DNA of 64,000 nucleotides from Polyangiales bacterium (GTDB lineage Bacteria; Myxococcota_A; Polyangia; Polyangiales; Polyangiaceae): NCBI GenBank assembly GCA_038231275.1, contig JBBRLQ010000002.1, positions 384,001 to 448,000 of the forward strand, read 5' to 3'. Shown piece by piece: positions 58,817 to 64,000 of this stretch (position 1 is its first letter; each line of letters starts with the position of its first letter). The notes under the pieces were generated by a model. It saw only the letters and a program-made list of their open reading frames with translations, ran no database searches and was not told where the DNA came from. The position numbers and the translations under genes were made by a program.

Positions 58817-59101
58817 ATGTGCCGCAACATCCGTGTGCTCTACAACTTTGCGCCACCCACCACGCCGGTCGAGATCGAGGCCGCGGCTCTGCAGTACGTC
58901 CGCAAGGTCAGCGGCCTGCAGAAGCCCTCCGACGCCGATCGCGAGGCCTTCGAGGCTGCGATGAAGGAGGTGGCGGCCACGACCGCGCGCCTCCTCGAGT
59001 CGCTGGTGGCGCGCGCGCCGGTGCGCACGCGCGAGGGGGAGAAGGAGAAGGCGCGCGTGAAGTGGAAGGTCCGCGAGGCGCGGATGACCAAGGCCACATG
59101 A
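58817..59101 (+). CDS. DUF2277 family protein
   Basis: MCRNI..L.NF.PP...AAALQYVRKVSG. Confidence 0.85.
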   Translation: MCRNIRVLYNFAPPTTPVEIEAAALQYVRKVSGLQKPSDADREAFEAAMKEVAATTARLLESLVARAPVRTREGEKEKARVKWKVREARMTKAT

Positions 59102-59149
59102 CCCTCGATCGCGTGCTTTCCCCCGCGGGCGCGTGATACGCAGGTCCGG

Positions 59150-60391
59150 ATGGCACGCAGCTACGACGTGGTCCTCTTCGGCGCGACCGGCTTCACCGGG
59201 AAGCTCGTCGCCGAGTACCTCGCGCGCCACCACGGACAAGGCCTGCGCTGGGCGATCGCGGGGAGGAGCGCCGAGAAGCTCGCCGCCGTGAGCTCCGAGC
59301 TGGTGCGCATCGCTCCCGGCCTCGCCCCGCGCGATGTCCTCGTCGCCGACAGCGCCGACGTGGGCGCGCTCGGCGAGATCGCGAAGGCCACGAAGGTCGT
59401 GTGCACGACGGTCGGCCCTTACATGAAGCACGGGTTGCCGCTCGCGCGCGCGTGCGCCGAGAGCGGCACGAGCTACTGCGATTTGACCGGCGAGGTCCCC
59501 TTCATCCGCCGCTCGATCGACGCGAACCACGCGAAGGCGCAGGAGACAGGTGCGCGCATCGTCCACTCCGCGGGCTTCGACTCGATCCCGTCGGACCTCG
59601 GCGTGCTCCTCCTCCACGAAGCGTTCCAGGCGCGCGGCAAGTCGCTGGCCACCGCGTCGTTCTTCTGCGGGCCGATGAAGGGGAGCTTCAGCGGCGGCAC
59701 CGTGGCGTCGATGATGGAGATGCTAGAGGCCGGCTCGCACGATCGCGATCTGCGGCGGCTGATGGCCGATCCGTACGCGCTCTTGCCGGACCGCGCCGTA
59801 GACCGCGGGCCCGACGGTCACGACCAGCGCGACGTCCGCTACGAGCCGCGTATTGGCCAGTGGACCGGGCCGTTCGTCATGGCGGCGATCAACACGCGTG
59901 TCGTGCGGCGATCGAACGCGCTCCAGGATTTCGCGTACGGCAAGCAACTCGCCTACAGCGAAGCGATGAGCTTCGGACCCGGTCCGAAGGGCTTCGCGCG
60001 GGCGGCCGCCGTGACCGCAGCGCTCGGCGGGTTCGTCGGCGTCGCGTCGTTCGCGAGTGGGCGCAAGCTCCTGGGGCCGCTCCTCCCCACCCCCGGTCAG
60101 GGTCCGTCGCAGGCGGCGCGCGACGCGGGCTTCTTCAAGGTGCGCATTGTCGGCGAGGGCGAAGGCCTCCGCGTGGACGCGCGCGTCGAAGGCACGAGCG
60201 ATCCGGGATACGGCGAGACCGCCAAGATGCTCGGTGAGGCGGCGGTGTGCCTCGCGCAAGACGCCGCCGCGCTCCCGCGCCGCTACGGCGTCGTGACCCC
60301 GGCGTCGGCCCTGGGGATGCACCTCGTAGATCGCCTGCGCGCGGCGGGGATGACCTTCGAAACGCGAGAAGTTGGCCCCGAGGGCCGCTGA
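59150..60391 (+). CDS. Saccharopine dehydrogenase-like / trans-acting enoyl reductase family
   Basis: GATGFTG, TVGPY, YCDLTGE, GFDSIPSDLG and DPGYGETAKML motifs. Confidence 0.9.
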   Translation: MARSYDVVLFGATGFTGKLVAEYLARHHGQGLRWAIAGRSAEKLAAVSSELVRIAPGLAPRDVLVADSADVGALGEIAKATKVVCTTVGPYMKHGLPLARACAESGTSYCDLTGEVPFIRRSIDANHAKAQETGARIVHSAGFDSIPSDLGVLLLHEAFQARGKSLATASFFCGPMKGSFSGGTVASMMEMLEAGSHDRDLRRLMADPYALLPDRAVDRGPDGHDQRDVRYEPRIGQWTGPFVMAAINTRVVRRSNALQDFAYGKQLAYSEAMSFGPGPKGFARAAAVTAALGGFVGVASFASGRKLLGPLLPTPGQGPSQAARDAGFFKVRIVGEGEGLRVDARVEGTSDPGYGETAKMLGEAAVCLAQDAAALPRRYGVVTPASALGMHLVDRLRAAGMTFETREVGPEGR

Positions 60392-60407
60392 AGGCTGAAA
60401 TTCGCGC

Positions 60408-61292
60408 GTGGCGAAGAGGAAGCAGGACGACGACATCGTCATCGTCGGAGCGCGGCGCCATCCGCTCCGCGACGCGTACCACTCCATCCTCAAGATGCCT
60501 TGGTCGGCCCTCATCGCAGGGATCGCCGCGGCCTTCCTCCTCATCAACGCGGTGTTCGCGGTCGGCTACATGATCACAGGCGGAGTCGTCGGCGTGCGCG
60601 CGGGCGTCTTTCGCGACGCGTTCTTCTTCAGCGTCCAGACGATGGGCACCATCGGCTACGGGGCGATGTACCCGCAGTCTACCGCTGCGCACCTCGTCAT
60701 GGTTGCCGAGTCGGTCGTCGGCCTGATCTTGACGGCGCTCTCCACCGGCATCGTCTTCGCCCGGTTTTCGCAAACCACCGGGCAGCTGATTTTCTCGGAC
60801 AAGGTCGTCATCTCGCCGATGGACGGCGTGCCGACGCTCTCCTTCCGCATCGGAAACGATCGCGCCAGCACGATCTTCGAGGCGACCGTGCGCGTGTCGG
60901 TGATCAAGACCGAGGTCACGAAGGAAGGGGTCACCTTCTACCGCCTCTACGACGCGAAGCTCACGCGCGATCGGACGATGGCGCTCGCGCGCTCGTGGGC
61001 GGTCATGCACATCATCGACGAGGCGAGCCCGCTCTTCGGCCTCACGCCCGCGGACTGTCGCAAGGACGAGCTCGAGCTGACGGTCGGCGTCACCGGGACC
61101 GACGACACGTCGCTCCAGCCCGTGCACGCGCGGCGGAGGTACACGATGAAGGACATCCTCTGGGGCGCGCGCCACGCCGACGTCCTTCGCGAGCTCCCCG
61201 ACGGTCGCCTCGAGCTCGACGTCCGAAAATTCAACGAGGTCGTCCCCACGGCGCCGACCGAGACGTTCCCCTACCCCAAACCCACCGCCTGA
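60408..61292 (+). CDS. Inward-rectifier potassium channel (KirBac)
   Basis: FFFSVQTMGTIGYG filter, FARFS, cytoplasmic H.IDE.SPL motif. Confidence 0.92.
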   Translation: MAKRKQDDDIVIVGARRHPLRDAYHSILKMPWSALIAGIAAAFLLINAVFAVGYMITGGVVGVRAGVFRDAFFFSVQTMGTIGYGAMYPQSTAAHLVMVAESVVGLILTALSTGIVFARFSQTTGQLIFSDKVVISPMDGVPTLSFRIGNDRASTIFEATVRVSVIKTEVTKEGVTFYRLYDAKLTRDRTMALARSWAVMHIIDEASPLFGLTPADCRKDELELTVGVTGTDDTSLQPVHARRRYTMKDILWGARHADVLRELPDGRLELDVRKFNEVVPTAPTETFPYPKPTA

Positions 61293-61396
61293 CGCATCGC
61301 GGGGGCTCGCGGCCTCGCTTGCTGGGCGCGCTCGCGGTCACTCCTTTGGCGCGGGCGGTCAGGGCGGCGGCGCCTGCGCGTGGGAAATCCACGCGC

Positions 61397-61780
61397 ATGA
61401 CCGACACGCTTCGCTACGTCGTGACTGCCATGGGCTTCGGGCGCATCGCCCTGGGCCTCGCCCCGTTCGTCGCCGCCGGCCTCGCGTCGCGCGCCCTCGG
61501 CTTTCCGAAAGAGCAGGATTCGCCGACCGCGCGCCTGATGGCCCGCTTCTTCGGCGTGCGCGACGTCGGGCTCGGCGTCCTCGCGTTCTACGCGACGGCG
61601 CACGTCGAGAGCGCGCCGTTCCTCTTCCTCTTCAACGCGAGCATGGACGCCGGCGACTTTGCGTCGACCGTGGTGCCGCTCGCGAAGCGCCAAGGGATCG
61701 ACCGCGCGGCCCTGTCGTCGGCGCTCTTCGCGGTGATGGGCGGCGTGGCGTGGCTCGTCGTGTGGATGCTGATCAAGTAG
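61397..61780 (+). CDS. Small membrane protein (DUF4267-like)
   Basis: ARFFGVRDVGLG; about four hydrophobic helices. Confidence 0.65.
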   Translation: MTDTLRYVVTAMGFGRIALGLAPFVAAGLASRALGFPKEQDSPTARLMARFFGVRDVGLGVLAFYATAHVESAPFLFLFNASMDAGDFASTVVPLAKRQGIDRAALSSALFAVMGGVAWLVVWMLIK

Positions 61781-61791
61781 GCTCGTTCGCG

Positions 61792-62814
61792 ATGGCGACG
61801 GGCTCGATCAGCGCGCTCCTCGTGCGGCCCCTGGTGGCCGCGATGGGCGGGAATCTCGACGCCGAGGCCGCGCTCCTACGCGCCGCCGGGCTCACGAAGG
61901 AGATGGCCGCCGACGCCGACGCACGGATCACGCCGGCGCAGTTCTGCGTCGCGTGGGCAGAGGCCGCGCGCCTCGCAGAGACGCCGCACCTCGCGCTGCG
62001 GATCGCCGAAGCGACGCCGCCCGGCGCGTTCGGCATCGTCGAGTACGTGTGCCGGTCGGCGCCCACCCTCGGCGCCGCGCTCACGCAGTGGGTGCGCTAC
62101 TTGAACTTGCTCGACGACGCGGTCGAGGTCGGGCTGGTCGAAGAAGGGGAGCGCACGTGCCTCCGCGTCCTCGTCGAGAGCGAGGCGCCCGCACCGGCGT
62201 CTCACGAGCTCTGCTTCGCGCTCATCGTCCAGCACGCGCGGAGGCTCATTTCCCCAGTGTTTCGACCGATCGCCGTCGACTTCGAGCATCGCGCCAGGGG
62301 CGATGTGGCGCCCTACGAGGCGTTCTTCGACGCGAAGGTGACCTTCGGCACGCGCGCCACGCAGCTGGTGGTGGCGACCGGCACGATGGACGCCAAGCTG
62401 CAGACGTCGGATCCCGCGCTGCTCGGGATCCTCACGCGCGCGGCGGGTGAGCTCCAAGGAAAGACGCGCGGCGATCCCCCGCTGGTGGCGCAGGTGAAGC
62501 GCGTCTTGTGGGAGGCCCTTCGCGAGGACGACGCCGACGTCGGCAAGGTCGCCAAGCGCCTCGGCCTCAGCGCGCGGAGCTTGCAGCGGCGCTTGAAGGA
62601 CGAGGGCGCATCGTTTCAAGGCGTACGTGAGGCGGCGCGGTCCGAGCTCGCGCAGCGCTACCTCGACGACGGGCTGTCGATCGCCGAGATCTCGTTCCTC
62701 CTCGGCTTCTCGCAGCCGAGCGCGTTCTTCCGCGCGTTCAAGCGCTGGACGGGGCTCACGCCGGTCGAGAGCCGCGTCGCGCGCGGTCAGCCGATTGGCG
62801 CGCACGGCGATTGA
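61792..62814 (+). CDS. AraC family transcriptional regulator (OruR-like)
   Basis: LSARSLQRRL and EISFLLGFSQPSAFFRAFKRWTG motifs. Confidence 0.92.
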   Translation: MATGSISALLVRPLVAAMGGNLDAEAALLRAAGLTKEMAADADARITPAQFCVAWAEAARLAETPHLALRIAEATPPGAFGIVEYVCRSAPTLGAALTQWVRYLNLLDDAVEVGLVEEGERTCLRVLVESEAPAPASHELCFALIVQHARRLISPVFRPIAVDFEHRARGDVAPYEAFFDAKVTFGTRATQLVVATGTMDAKLQTSDPALLGILTRAAGELQGKTRGDPPLVAQVKRVLWEALREDDADVGKVAKRLGLSARSLQRRLKDEGASFQGVREAARSELAQRYLDDGLSIAEISFLLGFSQPSAFFRAFKRWTGLTPVESRVARGQPIGAHGD

Positions 62815-62846
62815 GGGACGCCGGCGCGGCGGTCACAACGAGGCGC

Positions 62847-63803
62847 ATGAAGACCCCCGACCTCGCCTCTGCCTCCTACGCGACGAACCCCACCTGGCGC
62901 CTCTACCAGCCGTTCTTCCCCGAAGGCATGCGATGCACGCCGGCGACGACGCCGCGCGAAGAGTGGTGGTCGTGGCGCGGCCTCGACGTGCACCTCGATC
63001 GCATGAACGGTGACCGCGACAAGCCGAAGGTCATCGTGCTCCACGGCGCCGGCGCATATGGCCGCGTGATGGCCCCCGCCGCCGTCATCGCGCAGCGCTA
63101 CGGGTACGAGACGGTCTCGCCGGATCTGCCGGGGTACGGCCTCACGGCCGCGAAGGGCGCACGGATGGACTACGGCCTGTGGATCGACTGCGTCGTCGAC
63201 TTGATCGAGGCCGAGCTCGCCCGCGACGGAAAGCCGGTCGTACTCTTCGGCGTGTCGCTCGGTGGCCTCCTTGCGTATTGGGCCGCCTGCCTCTCGAAGA
63301 AGGTCGTCGGCCTCGTGGCGACGACGCTCGCCGATCCGCGCGAGACGGCGACGCGGCGCGAGCTGTCGCGTCATCCGTGGCTCGGCACCGCCGGCCTCTC
63401 GGTCCTCAGCGCGCTCTCGTTCATGACCGACGGCCTGCCGCTCCCGATGGCGTACGTCTCGAAGATGGACGGCATCTCGAACGATCCGGCGCTCGCGGCG
63501 CTATGCAAGTCGGATCGCATGGGCGGCGGCAGCTGGGTGCCCGCGCGCTTCCTGCGCACGCTCATGACGACGGCGCCGGCGATCGAGCCGGAGGACTTCG
63601 ATCTCTGCCCGGTGCTCCTCGCGCACCCGGGGGCCGATCGCATGACCGACATCGAAGCGAGCCGGCGCTTCTTCGATCGCCTCGCGGCACCGAAGCGCAT
63701 GGTCGTCCTCGAGGGCGCGAGCCACATGCCGACGGAGCACCCCGGCGTCGATCAGCTGGAGGCCGCCGTCGTCGCGTTCCTCGGCGGGCTCCGATCGGCG
63801 TGA
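62847..63803 (+). CDS. Alpha/beta hydrolase (lysophospholipase-like)
   Basis: LHGAG, DLPGYG, GVSLGG nucleophile elbow, D and H triad candidates. Confidence 0.85.
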   Translation: MKTPDLASASYATNPTWRLYQPFFPEGMRCTPATTPREEWWSWRGLDVHLDRMNGDRDKPKVIVLHGAGAYGRVMAPAAVIAQRYGYETVSPDLPGYGLTAAKGARMDYGLWIDCVVDLIEAELARDGKPVVLFGVSLGGLLAYWAACLSKKVVGLVATTLADPRETATRRELSRHPWLGTAGLSVLSALSFMTDGLPLPMAYVSKMDGISNDPALAALCKSDRMGGGSWVPARFLRTLMTTAPAIEPEDFDLCPVLLAHPGADRMTDIEASRRFFDRLAAPKRMVVLEGASHMPTEHPGVDQLEAAVVAFLGGLRSA

Positions 63804-63810
63804 CGCGTCT

Positions 63811-63921
63811 CTAGCAGGCTGCTGCAAAAGCAGCGGCCTGCAAAACCGTCGGGAGGCGGTTTTCGCCGGAGTGGTGAATCGACGCGAAGCGGCGAGAGGA
63901 GAACCGCGCGGCGGTTTTCCT
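63811..63921. mobile_element. Possible IS end or hairpin array at the right edge
   Basis: CTAG followed by CAGGCTGCTGCAAAA, resembling IS5/IS1182-type termini, then three hairpins; no transposase visible in the window. Confidence 0.3.
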
Positions 63922-64000
63922 CAGACCAGGGTCCCGGAGCGCCGTCGCCCGTGGCGCGATGGTTTGGCCGGACCTTCGGCGTGCGAAGGATCTCCGGTTG

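Noticed and set aside
59150-60391. Recent duplication with the saccharopine-dehydrogenase-like gene at 162-1271
   Set aside because: Similarity is limited to family motifs; they look like old paralogs

Overview
This is a GC-rich, gene-dense 64 kb window that looks like a myxobacterial (Polyangiaceae-like) chromosome. That assignment is inferred from the Cys-rich lipoproteins, the Pro/Gln-rich Ser/Thr kinase and the hexamer microsatellites. A housekeeping block (mnmA, rlmD-like, tilS, ftsH, gap-pgk-tpiA-secG) is surrounded by metabolic and envelope genes. Highlights: (1) a complete, tightly coupled lasso-peptide cluster at 37.7-42.7 kb (precursor, cyclase, HPr-kinase-like enzyme, RRE/B1, B2 peptidase, ABC exporter) whose predicted cationic 17-aa core GGTGGARSDFPAKNKKR lacks the C-terminal Ser that characterised lasso kinases modify; (2) an uncharacterised four-gene operon with a Zn-ribbon protein and three paralogous double-YbjQ proteins; (3) a probable 6S RNA next to a stand-alone degenerate PglZ-like gene; (4) a sigma-54 promoter for aldB with what looks like an internally deleted activator gene beside it; (5) an orphan FliA/WhiG sigma factor paired with a T3SS inner-rod-like gene; (6) a Phi-1/EXORDIUM-like lipoprotein; (7) several structured non-coding elements. 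All calls come from reading motifs by eye. No database searches were run and many start codons are best estimates.
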